Shown piece after piece: positions 42,672 to 52,710 of a DNA stretch of 64,000 bases. The DNA comes from Myxococcota bacterium (GTDB lineage Bacteria; Myxococcota_A; SURF-8; G963663525). The stretch is from assembly GCA_963676915.2 (NCBI GenBank), contig CAXXVK010000024.1, forward strand, positions 55,530 through 119,529. Direction: 5' to 3'. Each line of letters opens with the position of its first letter. Within the stretch, counting starts at the first letter, position 1. The translations under genes and the position numbers were made by a program. The notes beneath the pieces were generated by a model. It saw only the letters and a list, made by a program, of their open reading frames with translations. It was not told the DNA's origin and did no database searches.

Positions 42672-44048
42672 ATGGATGACAACCGCAAATCGCGTTCATC
42701 CCGCATCGCGGATGACGTGTGGAACCTCTTTTCCGGCGTCAAAACCAGCATTGTGCTGCTGGTATTGTGGCTGGTAGGTTCGGTATTCGGGACGTTGATC
42801 CCCCAGAACGGTCCCCCCGAACAGGTCGTAGCACTCTATGGACCGCAATGGAGCGATTGGATGTTCGCGGCGGGTCTGTTCGACGTGTACCATTCGACCT
42901 GGTACTCGGTCATTCTGCTGATGCTGATGTTCAATCTCGTGGCCTGCACGGTCGATATGCTGCCTCGAAAACTCACATTGGCACTCGAACAACCGAAAAC
43001 CCGCAAGGTGACGGGAGGCGGAAAGCGGTTTTTCTCTTACCAGCTGTTGCTGAAAGATTCTCCAGAAAAAGCTTCCGACCATTTCCGGCAGATTATCGCC
43101 CGTCATTTCCCCCGGCTCGACGTATTCCAGAAAGATGGCGAACGCCATATCTATGCTCAGAAACAAGCTTTTTCGCATTTTATGATTTTTCTCGTCCACC
43201 TGAGTGTGCTGTTGATTCTGCTAGGCGGCTTCGTTTCGGCCCAATGGGGATTTGAAGGAATCATGGAAATTCCCGAAGGCGAGGAGCGAGACTTCGTTTT
43301 CCGAAAAATCGGCAACGATTACCAACCTGCCGGGATACCTTTTACGGTCCGCTGCGACGATTTCCGCCTGGACCGCTTTTCCAACGGAGGACCAAAGGAC
43401 TACTATTCCTCGCTGACGGTGATGGAAAACGGCCAACAAACCGCAGCCAAACGCATCGAAGTCAACGAGCCGCTATCCTATGGAAAATTCAACTTTTACC
43501 AGAGTTCCTTTCATGAAAAAGCGGCCTTGAAAATTTCGGTTCCCGAGAAAAACATCCAACAGACGGTCCAATTGGGCAAAGGAGAAATGCGCTTTGTTCC
43601 CGAAACCGGGACAGCGTTGCGACTTTCGTCTTTTTCTCCAGGTTCCGAGGCGATCGGTATGATGGCCCAGGTTCTCGTCATCCATGGGGAAGAAGGCAAA
43701 ACCTTCCAGGTTCCGGTAACTTCCAATGCCGAGCAAAACGCCCGGATGCAAGAAAAACTCCCGGTAAAAATCGACTTTGCCTCCAAAGAGCCAGCTTATA
43801 CCACCGGCTTGATGGTCGTTGCCGATCCGGGTGTCGGCTGGATCTGGGCCGGTAGTTTCCTCATGGTACTTGGCCTTTACCTGACATTCTATACTTCCCA
43901 CCGGCGGCTATCGATCCGTTTGGACGGCAAACAAGCCGAGTTGAGAGGCTTGGCCCAACGAAATCCCACAGCGTTCCGGCGCGAAATCGAAGCGATTCTC
44001 CATGAAGCGGGATTCGATCCCGAAACAGCGAAAAACGAGACGACCTGA
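42672..44048 (+). CDS. resB: cytochrome c biogenesis protein ResB/Ccs1
   Basis: [38 protein letters not shown]....FYQSS, DPG, Y.SHRR. Confidence 0.93.
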   Translation: MDDNRKSRSSRIADDVWNLFSGVKTSIVLLVLWLVGSVFGTLIPQNGPPEQVVALYGPQWSDWMFAAGLFDVYHSTWYSVILLMLMFNLVACTVDMLPRKLTLALEQPKTRKVTGGGKRFFSYQLLLKDSPEKASDHFRQIIARHFPRLDVFQKDGERHIYAQKQAFSHFMIFLVHLSVLLILLGGFVSAQWGFEGIMEIPEGEERDFVFRKIGNDYQPAGIPFTVRCDDFRLDRFSNGGPKDYYSSLTVMENGQQTAAKRIEVNEPLSYGKFNFYQSSFHEKAALKISVPEKNIQQTVQLGKGEMRFVPETGTALRLSSFSPGSEAIGMMAQVLVIHGEEGKTFQVPVTSNAEQNARMQEKLPVKIDFASKEPAYTTGLMVVADPGVGWIWAGSFLMVLGLYLTFYTSHRRLSIRLDGKQAELRGLAQRNPTAFRREIEAILHEAGFDPETAKNETT

Positions 44049-45529
44049 TGATCAACACCACACTTTTCGAAGTGAATTTCTATATTTACGCCGTGACCCT
44101 CGGTGTCGCGATCTATGCCTTGGTTACACGAAAACCGCGAGCCGAAAGCCTCACCTTCTGGCTGTTTCTGCTCGCTTTCGTCTTTCACACCCTGGCTCTG
44201 CTGGTTCGCTGGGGTGAAGCCGGAAACGTCGAGGTCACAGCTTTCGAAGAGGCGGAAAATCGTGTCCTGGCCGGATGGGAATGGTTTCACGTCTGGATCA
44301 GTCATCCACCTTGGAGCAATTTGTACGAATCTTTGGTCTGCTTTGGTTGGGGTGTAAGTCTTGTTTCTCTGTACGGTATTCGGAAATTCAAAATTCCCGT
44401 GCTGCCCGTATTCGCCATCAGTCTTTCACTGATCACCATGGGCGCGGCGTCGCTGCTGATCAACCAGGACATCAGCCCGCTGGTTCCGGCCCTGCAAAGC
44501 AAGTGGATTCACCTGCACGTCACAATGGCAACCATCTGTTATCCGGCCTTCGGTCTGGCCGCAATCCTCGGCTTGTTTTATTTGCTGAAAGAAGACGTTC
44601 GTAACGAGGCATTCGGACTGTTCGTGGCGATAAGCAACATCTTGATTTTACTGGCCGTTGGCGGGAAAAATCTGCTAACCGAAGGACAATACGGCCTGCA
44701 CCTGCTCGCCCGACATGCGGGAAAACTCTACAATTTGACGTACGCAGCAAACGACACCCAAGGAAACGAACTGGTCAAATCGGCGGCGGTATTCTTCCCG
44801 GTTCCCGGAGCGGGATTACTGATGCTCGTAGGGTTGGTGCTCTCTGTGTTGGCATTGGTGATTTATAGTATCGCCCTGTACGGCAAAGAAAACCGTTTCG
44901 GAAAATTTTCCTGGTTGCCGATGGGTGGAGCCTTTCTGGCTATCGTCGCCATTATCGTGGCTTTGCTCGTAGCTTCCAGCGGCTCAACGGCTTCATCGAT
45001 TACAGACAACACCGTCCGGGCGTTGATCGAAAACGCCCACCTCGCCTCCGACGGCAACACGCTGGTTTCCACGTATCAACTACACGGCAGCGCACCTTAT
45101 GTGGTATCGATTTCGGGCAATCCTTTCGAGTTTCTGCTGCTTGTTACGGCTTTGCTGGGTGTGGTGCTGTATCTTGCCATCGAGTGGAAACGGGACTGGC
45201 TCGTCGCCCAACTCCCGGACACCGACCGCCTGGACGAGCTTTCCTACAAAACCATCATGTTCGCCTTTCCCTTCCTGACGATGCTGATCGTCACCGGAGC
45301 CATCTGGGCCTATTACGCCTGGGGACGCTATTGGGGATGGGACCCCAAGGAAACCTGGTCGTTGATCACCTGGATCGTCTACAGCATTTATCTGCACGTT
45401 CGCATCACTCATGGATGGGAAGGAAAACTACCTGCCGCTCTGGCCGTCCTGGGATTCGTCGTGGTGATTTTCACCTATCTCGGTGTGAATATTCTCATTT
45501 CCGGGTTACACAGTTACGCAGCGATGTAA
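44048..45529 (+). CDS. ccsA: cytochrome c biogenesis protein CcsA/ResC (expanded)
   Basis: [25 protein letters not shown] domain [27 protein letters not shown]. Confidence 0.93.
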   Translation: MINTTLFEVNFYIYAVTLGVAIYALVTRKPRAESLTFWLFLLAFVFHTLALLVRWGEAGNVEVTAFEEAENRVLAGWEWFHVWISHPPWSNLYESLVCFGWGVSLVSLYGIRKFKIPVLPVFAISLSLITMGAASLLINQDISPLVPALQSKWIHLHVTMATICYPAFGLAAILGLFYLLKEDVRNEAFGLFVAISNILILLAVGGKNLLTEGQYGLHLLARHAGKLYNLTYAANDTQGNELVKSAAVFFPVPGAGLLMLVGLVLSVLALVIYSIALYGKENRFGKFSWLPMGGAFLAIVAIIVALLVASSGSTASSITDNTVRALIENAHLASDGNTLVSTYQLHGSAPYVVSISGNPFEFLLLVTALLGVVLYLAIEWKRDWLVAQLPDTDRLDELSYKTIMFAFPFLTMLIVTGAIWAYYAWGRYWGWDPKETWSLITWIVYSIYLHVRITHGWEGKLPAALAVLGFVVVIFTYLGVNILISGLHSYAAM

Positions 45530-45547
45530 GACGGAAAGCTAGAAAAG

Positions 45548-47440
45548 CTACTTCTCGATATCGGAAGAATCATCCGACTTCTGGCTTTCTTCCAGCTTTT
45601 TTCGAATGGTTTCAATGCTTTCCGGTGGGAGCGGCAGAGCATCGGCGCGAGAAAGTTCGTCACGCACCTTGGAAAATTGTTTTTGGCGAAACAGTTTCAG
45701 AAACAGGTTTTGACGTGTTTCAGCCGCCTCCCGAAGACAATCCGAACTATTATTGACCAATCGACAAGCTCTTTCGATCACCGGCAAGCCGTCTTCGGGA
45801 CGCCCCATGGCATCAAGCAACCGACCGTATTGCAACACGGTTCCATAGGCCAAAGGCCATCGTTCGGCAGCCTTGGAAAACACCACCAACGCTTCTTCCA
45901 ACGCTCCGATCTGCCATAAAAAAGCTCCGTAAGAATACGCCGTATCCGATTCATCGGGATTGTTGCGATAGACCTGCTCGAACACGGCACGTGCCTCTTT
46001 GTTTTTGTTTTGCTCGGACAACGCCTTGGCGAGTCCGGTTTGTGCCACCATATAGTCCGGATAACGTGAAAGCGCTTTGTAAAAAAGCTGCTCTGCCGCA
46101 GGAAAATCCCGCCTTTCACAGGCTTCATTGGCCAGCATAAAGTAAGCCCTCGCTCCCCCAGGGCTGTTTTCCAGCCAGCTTTGTCCCAAACGCTCCGGCG
46201 ATGCATAGGCTGAAGCGGCTTTCGGGAGAAAATACACCGTAGGGACAAAAATCAGCAACCCACACAAGCTGTAGGTCAGGTTACGGGACAATCCCAAAGA
46301 AACAAGAGGCTTGACCGCCCGATTCAGAAGAACCGAAAGCGACAGCATCAAACCGATCATCGGAACATACATTAGGCGGTCCGGCAGCACGAACGTCCCG
46401 ATTCCGAGCCATTGAAACGCCATCGAACCCAAAATCAGGTACAACCCGATTCCTACGGCTACAAGACGTAGTTCACCTTGTTTGCGCCAAAAGACCACCA
46501 GCAACGCAACGAGAATCATCGTTGCCAGGATTCCACCCGCCACTTCCGTCCAGACAATCCCATCGGAAAAAAACGACCCGGCGCAGTAATCTGCCGGAAT
46601 TTTTGTGGGAACAAGCAGATGAAACAGGTACCAACCCGGCATAGCGGCCAGATTGGCTAGACGAACGGAAAACGTTTCATCCACCAGTGGATTAACCAAA
46701 GCATCGATGTGATAACTCCACTTTCCCGAAACAGCATAATGCGCCCACAGATTGGCCAACGAAATCAGACCATATGGAACCGATTCCATGAAAAACGTCT
46801 TCACGTTTTTCCAACGCCCGGTGACAATGGCGTGAATGGCAAGAACCGGGTAGATCAAAGCCACGCTTTCCTTGGCGAAAAGTCCGAAAGTGAACAATAC
46901 CCAAGAAACAATCCGATACCCTCTGGTGTAGGCAAGCCACACCAGAAGCATAGCCAGAAGCCCCAGCATTTCGGCGTGTCCGACCGCGAAGAAGACAGCT
47001 TCCGTTTGAATGGGATGTACCCAGAAAAGTCCCGTCATCACCGCTGCGGCAAAAGCGCCCGTCCAGGGTCGAAACATGCGAAAAACCAACATGCCCAACA
47101 CCAAGTGGAGTACGATCGAAACCAAACGCATGGCCGCCGGTGTATTGGAAAGCTGGAAAATCGTGCGATTCAATAGACTGGTCAATGGCCGATACGCCCA
47201 ATTGGTGTCCGCCCCTCTGCTCTGTCCCCAGAAATTGTATTCCAAAATGAAACCGATATCGTCACCCGCAACGGCAGGATTCGCCCTAAGGTGCTGATGA
47301 TCGTCGTAGTAAAAATCGGCGTTTATCAGCGGCAGATAAATTGCCAACACAACCAAAGCCCCGAAAAACAACAAGCCATAGGCAACCGTGTGTTCGCTGC
47401 CAGGAGTCTCGATATTTTCCGGGTTGGTTGTATTTTTCAT
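45548..47440 (-). CDS. TMTC-like GT-C glycosyltransferase with C-terminal TPR repeats
   Basis: F.YDD, YRPLT, HP..TE.V, AKES, DRLMY.P, multiple TMs followed by TPRs. Start uncertain (the ORF extends to 47611). Confidence 0.82.
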   Translation of the reverse strand: MKNTTNPENIETPGSEHTVAYGLLFFGALVVLAIYLPLINADFYYDDHQHLRANPAVAGDDIGFILEYNFWGQSRGADTNWAYRPLTSLLNRTIFQLSNTPAAMRLVSIVLHLVLGMLVFRMFRPWTGAFAAAVMTGLFWVHPIQTEAVFFAVGHAEMLGLLAMLLVWLAYTRGYRIVSWVLFTFGLFAKESVALIYPVLAIHAIVTGRWKNVKTFFMESVPYGLISLANLWAHYAVSGKWSYHIDALVNPLVDETFSVRLANLAAMPGWYLFHLLVPTKIPADYCAGSFFSDGIVWTEVAGGILATMILVALLVVFWRKQGELRLVAVGIGLYLILGSMAFQWLGIGTFVLPDRLMYVPMIGLMLSLSVLLNRAVKPLVSLGLSRNLTYSLCGLLIFVPTVYFLPKAASAYASPERLGQSWLENSPGGARAYFMLANEACERRDFPAAEQLFYKALSRYPDYMVAQTGLAKALSEQNKNKEARAVFEQVYRNNPDESDTAYSYGAFLWQIGALEEALVVFSKAAERWPLAYGTVLQYGRLLDAMGRPEDGLPVIERACRLVNNSSDCLREAAETRQNLFLKLFRQKQFSKVRDELSRADALPLPPESIETIRKKLEESQKSDDSSDIEK

Positions 47441-47699
47441 GATTCGGAACGTTTTCGTTGCTTTTGGGTGTTTTTCGGGAACTTTGTTTTCAGTTGTATT
47501 GCCAAAGAATGTAGCACCAGAATTCATGGGAGCGCAACCGAAGGGATGTTGATAAACCCAAACAAATAAGCCACAGAATCGGAAGACTCCAACTCTATGG
47601 CTTATTTTCATAACCGGAAAATTCTGGAAAGGTTGTTCAATCCATCACGGTTCCGGCGTTTTTCAGTTTTTTAGCGCGTAACGGTGTCAGCACCCGAAA

Positions 47700-48176
47700 T
47701 TACTCGCCTTTGACCCGTTTTTCCCAATAGGCGCGTTTCTCGGGATGCTTGGTTTCCAGCGAGGATGCAACCTTTTTGGCGAATTTCTTGCCGATGATCG
47801 GAATCTTGATGTCCACTTCGCCTTTTTCCGATAACGTACAGGAAGCATCGCCGGTGGATTCTACCCACATTTCGCCTTCGACCCTCACCATGTCACCATA
47901 GGTGTGGTCTTTGCGATCCCAGACACAACGACGTGTGGAAAGATCCCAGTTGAGAATCAACGTGGATTTCTCGGTGCCGCTTCCCTGGCGAGAGGGTTCT
48001 TCCAGTTCGATTTCGAGTTTGACTTTGTTATCGCCGAGATCGGTGCGTTTCGCTTCGACCTGCAATGCTCCCGTTTCGCGGGACATTGTTTCGTTTTCTT
48101 TGGCGTCGGTCAGTTTTTCCACCAATGCATCCGCCGCGACGTTCAGTTCTCCGCTCATGTTGAATTGGACTGCCAT
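47700..48176 (-). CDS. DUF2505/SRPBCC-like protein
   Basis: V.VEGEMW......C.....GEV.IKIPIIGKK.AK pattern. SD AGGAG. Confidence 0.68.
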   Translation of the reverse strand: MAVQFNMSGELNVAADALVEKLTDAKENETMSRETGALQVEAKRTDLGDNKVKLEIELEEPSRQGSGTEKSTLILNWDLSTRRCVWDRKDHTYGDMVRVEGEMWVESTGDASCTLSEKGEVDIKIPIIGKKFAKKVASSLETKHPEKRAYWEKRVKGE

Positions 48177-48253
48177 GATTCACTCCTTTTTTCGGTTTCG
48201 TTCGTTGGGAAGCACCATAGAACCGTTCCCCTGTTTCGTCAATCTTTTCGAGA

Positions 48254-49423
48254 TCATCCTAAGGGAAAAACCAGTTGATTCCGGTCCTGCTGGTAATAAC
48301 GACGCCGACCGTTGAATGTCAGGTAGGCAGAAGCTTGTTTGGCCCTGACTCCAAGGCTTTGAAGCTCATCCGGCCATAGCAGATTTCCTTCGTGTCTTGC
48401 TTCGAGAATACGTTTGACACCTTTGGGTCCGATTCCCGGCACACGCAGCAATTCTTCCGGTTCCGCCCGGTTGACTTCCAGAGGAAACCGCTCGGGATGC
48501 GCATCGGCCCAGACGCTTTTCGGATCACGACGCATGTCGAAGCGGTCGGAAGCATCCAACACGAATTCCTCTTCCTCGAAACCGTATTGCCGAAGTAGAA
48601 AATCCGCTTGATACAAGCGGTTTTCACGCCACAGCGGCGTTGGTTTCGAGTGTTCCAGAGGCGTGCCTTTAATGGGAGAATGAGCACTGAAATAAATTCG
48701 CTTCAGATCGTAAGCTTGATACGCCCCGGACATGGCACGAAGCAGGTCGCGGTCGCTTTCTCCTGCCGGTCCTACCACATATTGTGTGGTCAACCCACGA
48801 CACCGCAAACGACGATCTTTTTGCTTCATCAAGCGCCCGGCCTCACCCATGGTGGCCTGCAATCCGCCACGCAGTTTTTTGGCCGGAGCGATTTTCTCTA
48901 AAAATTCCGGGGATGTTGCCTCGAAATTGACACTCACCCTTTCGGCCAGTTCCATCGCCCGTTCGATCTGTGCCGGTTCCGCCTGGGGCAATAGCTTCAG
49001 GTGCATGTATCCTTTGAATTTCTGCCGTAACCGTACGATTTCAGCCGTTTTAAGGATTTCGTCCATCACTCGAACAGGGTGATCGTACACAGCGGAACTG
49101 AGAAACAAAGCCGAGGCTTTTCGGCGGCGGCAGAGTTCCCCGAAAAGCGAAGCGACTTCCTCGGCCTGCAATCGGGCTGCGTCGGGACCGCCTCCCGAAC
49201 GTAATGCGCAGTAATGGCAATTGAGATGACAGGCGTTCGACATCAGCACTTTGAGCATGTACTGGCGCCGTCCATCCGGCAGAACGCTGGGATAAATCCA
49301 GCGGTCCACATCCAAATCCCGTTTGCGGCCTTCTCCACAGGTGCCGCAACTGAGATCGTAGCGGGCGGCTTCCCCGAGCACTTCAAGCTTTTTCTCCAAA
49401 CTCGGAGGAGATTTCACCAACAT
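48254..49423 (-). CDS. putative DNA modification/repair radical SAM protein with HhH (TIGR03916-like)
   Basis: KLEVL..AARYD.SC, CHLNCHYC, LFLSS, Y.HLK, RE.RLYQADFLLR.YGF, LLRVPGIG. Confidence 0.9.
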   Translation of the reverse strand: MLVKSPPSLEKKLEVLGEAARYDLSCGTCGEGRKRDLDVDRWIYPSVLPDGRRQYMLKVLMSNACHLNCHYCALRSGGGPDAARLQAEEVASLFGELCRRRKASALFLSSAVYDHPVRVMDEILKTAEIVRLRQKFKGYMHLKLLPQAEPAQIERAMELAERVSVNFEATSPEFLEKIAPAKKLRGGLQATMGEAGRLMKQKDRRLRCRGLTTQYVVGPAGESDRDLLRAMSGAYQAYDLKRIYFSAHSPIKGTPLEHSKPTPLWRENRLYQADFLLRQYGFEEEEFVLDASDRFDMRRDPKSVWADAHPERFPLEVNRAEPEELLRVPGIGPKGVKRILEARHEGNLLWPDELQSLGVRAKQASAYLTFNGRRRYYQQDRNQLVFPLG

Positions 49424-49478
49424 CTTGGGTTCCGTTTCTCTGCAATGTTGCTTCGCTCACTCGTTTCAGTATAAACAA

Positions 49479-49498
49479 TACGGTACACTTGTCCAGTA
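49479..49498 (-). promoter_or_regulatory. candidate LexA/SOS-type box overlapping the promoter of the repair radical SAM gene
   Basis: TACTGGACAAGTGTACCGTA resembles TACTG-N10-CAGTA. A TATACT -10 lies a few bp downstream. Confidence 0.45.
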
Positions 49499-49749
49499 TT
49501 CTTGACGCCAAAATTTTTCGAAGAACCAATCCCTTGCTAAAAGATACCAATATTCAGAACAAATCGATTCGATTTAACCTATATTTCTTCGGAAGACATT
49601 GACGAGACAGGCTTCTGTCCACTAGAATCGCAAACAGCCATTAGAACTCTGAAAAATTCCGATAGAAACTTTTCGGCTGGATTCCCACTTCTTCACCCGC
49701 TGTTCTGCCTTGCGGGAAATCCGACCGAAAATGCTAAGGGGGGACATCG

Positions 49750-51129
49750 ATGTTTTGGAGACACTCCAAACAGCGGTTGATTATAGAATTGCTGATTATT
49801 ATTGTTGTGGCAGCTTTCGGTTTCATTTACTGCGAAGATCCATCACCCTATTCATCCAAAATCACCAACATCAGAACCGTTTGGAAACAACTAAACCCTT
49901 ACCAAACAGTGCCCCCCTCACCACCGCTGATTCTCGTTCATAGCTATGGAGGAAGGACGGCAGTTGTAGGAAAAACCCTGCATCGACTTTTCGGCGGACG
50001 ATTGCTAACCTACGGAGATGCTGCCAGTTTTTTACCTCAACGCAATCAATTCCCTTCGAAAAACAAATTGGCATCTTTGTTGAAGGAATTCCCGGAAAAG
50101 ACGGTGTATTTCGGATTTCCGATCTGGGCTCATGGAATATCCGATCCCGCGCTAGAGCTATTGCAAACTCTGGATTTAAAAGGAAAAACCATTGTATTTT
50201 TCTATACCTACATTCATTACGTGGACGTTCAAAAAATAGAGTCCATCCTAAAGGATCTTTCACAAAAAGGTGCTCGAATCATTTCTCCGCTTGACCTTCG
50301 GCTCGATCCTTATGTCTATCGCGAACAAATCGAGGACCAAACGGAACAACTCATCTTTTCTCGCACCGATTTATGGAAAATGGGGGAAAAACCAGTCGTT
50401 TCCTGTCAACTTGATCCATCTACTCCCAACATGACCCTTTGTGACGTCCCGAAAGGAAAAGCATGGGTTCATCGACCGGAAAAACTATTGGAAAAACCAG
50501 TCCTGCAACGTGTCGATGTTGCTGGATTTTCGATCAACCAAAGTGAAATCACAATGGAACAATATCAACAATGCATAAACAGCGGAGATTGTTCTTCTCA
50601 AAGTGATGACGAGGAAAGAGCCCATTGTAAACGAAGAAATCATGGAGATCCTTCCTTACCTATTCTCTGCGTCGGTGCAGACGATGCCGAAGCGTTTTGC
50701 AACTGGGCGGGAATGCGTCTACCTACGCTCGCCGAATGGACACGAGCCGCCCGAGGAGAATCTTTGCAAGATTATCCTTGGGGCTGGGATTTCCCCGAAG
50801 ATGGCAGCCATTTGAACAAAGGACAACCGCCTGAAACGGGTTTAAAGTATTACTCTTTGGCAAAACCCGGTACAGGTTACGTCGGCGACCGCTTTTCCGG
50901 CATAGCTCCGGCCTGTTCGTTTCCCGAAGGTAAGAGTATGTACGGACTGTGCGACATGGCAGGAAATCTCGCGGAATGGGTGAGGATCGGCGATAGCTCC
51001 CCTGTAAAATATGGCCTTATAGGAGGCAGTTGGATAGAAGTCACCCCCAACGCATTCAAATTGAACGCCGCGTATCGGATGATGTTTAAAAAAGGATTCT
51101 ACTTATCCGGCTTCCGATGTGTTAAATAA
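49750..51129 (+). CDS. membrane-anchored flavodoxin-like + FGE-sulfatase domain fusion
   Basis: N-terminal TM. LVHSYGGRT...GFPIW...DLKGKTIVFFYT (flavodoxin-like), then EITMEQYQQC, RLPTLAEW, DMAGNLAEW, GFRC. Confidence 0.78.
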   Translation: MFWRHSKQRLIIELLIIIVVAAFGFIYCEDPSPYSSKITNIRTVWKQLNPYQTVPPSPPLILVHSYGGRTAVVGKTLHRLFGGRLLTYGDAASFLPQRNQFPSKNKLASLLKEFPEKTVYFGFPIWAHGISDPALELLQTLDLKGKTIVFFYTYIHYVDVQKIESILKDLSQKGARIISPLDLRLDPYVYREQIEDQTEQLIFSRTDLWKMGEKPVVSCQLDPSTPNMTLCDVPKGKAWVHRPEKLLEKPVLQRVDVAGFSINQSEITMEQYQQCINSGDCSSQSDDEERAHCKRRNHGDPSLPILCVGADDAEAFCNWAGMRLPTLAEWTRAARGESLQDYPWGWDFPEDGSHLNKGQPPETGLKYYSLAKPGTGYVGDRFSGIAPACSFPEGKSMYGLCDMAGNLAEWVRIGDSSPVKYGLIGGSWIEVTPNAFKLNAAYRMMFKKGFYLSGFRCVK

Positions 51130-51182
51130 GAATGACTACCTTTGACGCATTATGAATCTTTTTGAACCGATCCGAGGCGCAC

Positions 51183-52355
51183 ATGCTGAAAACGACGCTG
51201 TTTTTCTGTTTCCTGCTATCTTTGACACTGGTTGCTTGCGGGGGAGATGACAACGAATCCCCGTCCTACCATCCCAATCCCGAAGCCTGCTCCGAAGCCT
51301 TCGTGCTTTCCGGCTTGAAACTTGGTTGGAAAAACCTCAACCACCGAATCAGCTTGTGGGGCATCGAACCGGAATCCACCGGCTGCGAAGCAACGAACGA
51401 CGTTGCGATCAATCACGTAGGGGGGGACTGGACAACCGGCGAAATGTTGAACGACTACACAGTCTATCGGGTTGAAGGAACCCGCGTTTCTGCACCCGGA
51501 ACCGTGGGATTTCATACGGTTACACTCCCGGTGGTTTTAGATCCACCAGAGTGGGAGATCACCGAACCGATCGAAGTGGATCTTGCTGCCGCCAACCTCG
51601 ACGGATTCGCTCAATATTTCGTGTTCGTTCATGGCCTGTATCTGATTACGGATGTCGACCAGCCCGACCCGAACTACCCGATGCCCGAGGAAGGCGAGGA
51701 AGACGACACTTCGACCTATCATCCCAAATACGGCTGGACGACACGAGGCATCGCGCTTCAAGCCCTCGACGTTCAACAAGCGGACAACCTTTTGCATTTC
51801 GATGCCGCAGTGCGGTTCGGCTTGGGACCATCGGACCGGGCCAATATGAATGAAGCAATGGCTTACGCACGCATCGAAGCAAGGGCGCAATTTCTCGTGG
51901 TCGGTACGGCGGGAGACACACCCGTCACCGGTAGCCATTCCTATCGTCTGACCTACCCGGAACCCGATGCGTTGTATCTCGACGATGGCCAAATCCAGGA
52001 ACATGCAACGGAAGAACAAAGAACGGTCCATCTCGCGCACGAAGGCGACATTCCGAACGATTATTTCATCGGCTGCACCGGTTGGCGTTGGGATTTGAAT
52101 CCCGATGGCGAAAACGGTTACTACATCCGGGAGCTTTCGTGGTTCCTCCGTCCCGAAGTCGATGATCCCTTTACGTTGGATGTCGACGGCTACGCTTCAC
52201 ATACCTCCGTGCTGATGTACGACGCCATGGACCATAAATTCAGCATCGATTTCGTTTTGGTGCCCGTTCCCGAAGGAAGCACCGAGTCGGTCCACACCGA
52301 AGGTGAATTCGGAATCGGTAGCGAGCAGGTATCTTTTAGCCCGGAAAATTTATGA
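51183..52355 (+). CDS. hypothetical acidic lipoprotein
   Basis: Lipobox LVAC-GGDDNES. Long ORF with codon usage typical of the window. Confidence 0.75.
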   Translation: MLKTTLFFCFLLSLTLVACGGDDNESPSYHPNPEACSEAFVLSGLKLGWKNLNHRISLWGIEPESTGCEATNDVAINHVGGDWTTGEMLNDYTVYRVEGTRVSAPGTVGFHTVTLPVVLDPPEWEITEPIEVDLAAANLDGFAQYFVFVHGLYLITDVDQPDPNYPMPEEGEEDDTSTYHPKYGWTTRGIALQALDVQQADNLLHFDAAVRFGLGPSDRANMNEAMAYARIEARAQFLVVGTAGDTPVTGSHSYRLTYPEPDALYLDDGQIQEHATEEQRTVHLAHEGDIPNDYFIGCTGWRWDLNPDGENGYYIRELSWFLRPEVDDPFTLDVDGYASHTSVLMYDAMDHKFSIDFVLVPVPEGSTESVHTEGEFGIGSEQVSFSPENL

Positions 52356-52516
52356 GAATCGTAGCGAGACGCAGGAAACCGACGAACTTTCACGACATTG
52401 GAGCGATTTTCACCCGCAGGCATACTGAACAGTCTGTCGAGGATGAAAATCGTGAAACAAGTGAAAGATCGAGAGTTTTCAAGTCGCAGTAGATTCTTCA
52501 TGAATTATCCGGGTTA
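52337..52516. repeat. ~180-bp ERIC/MITE-like palindromic element, copy 1
   Basis: TIRs TAGCCCGGAAAATTTATGA / TCATGAATTATCCGGGTTA. Homologous to 61494-61674. Confidence 0.82.
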
Positions 52517-52710
52517 CACAAAGATAACGGTTTCAAAAGCTTGCACCCTTTTCGGGAATGATTACACTGGTAGAAAGCGATTTCGACTACAAAAGGAAAA
52601 CGGACTTGAAGCCTTCATGCCGCTCGAAACGAGACGGGATTCGTCGGTGATGGTCCCATGCAAAAAACGCCGGCATGGCGCGATTTTGAAAACCACTTAG
52701 GACGGAAAAG

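Noticed and set aside
52520-52710. Cobalamin riboswitch upstream of methylmalonyl-CoA mutase
   Set aside because: I could not find a B12 box or the conserved GGGAA...GCCACTG core.
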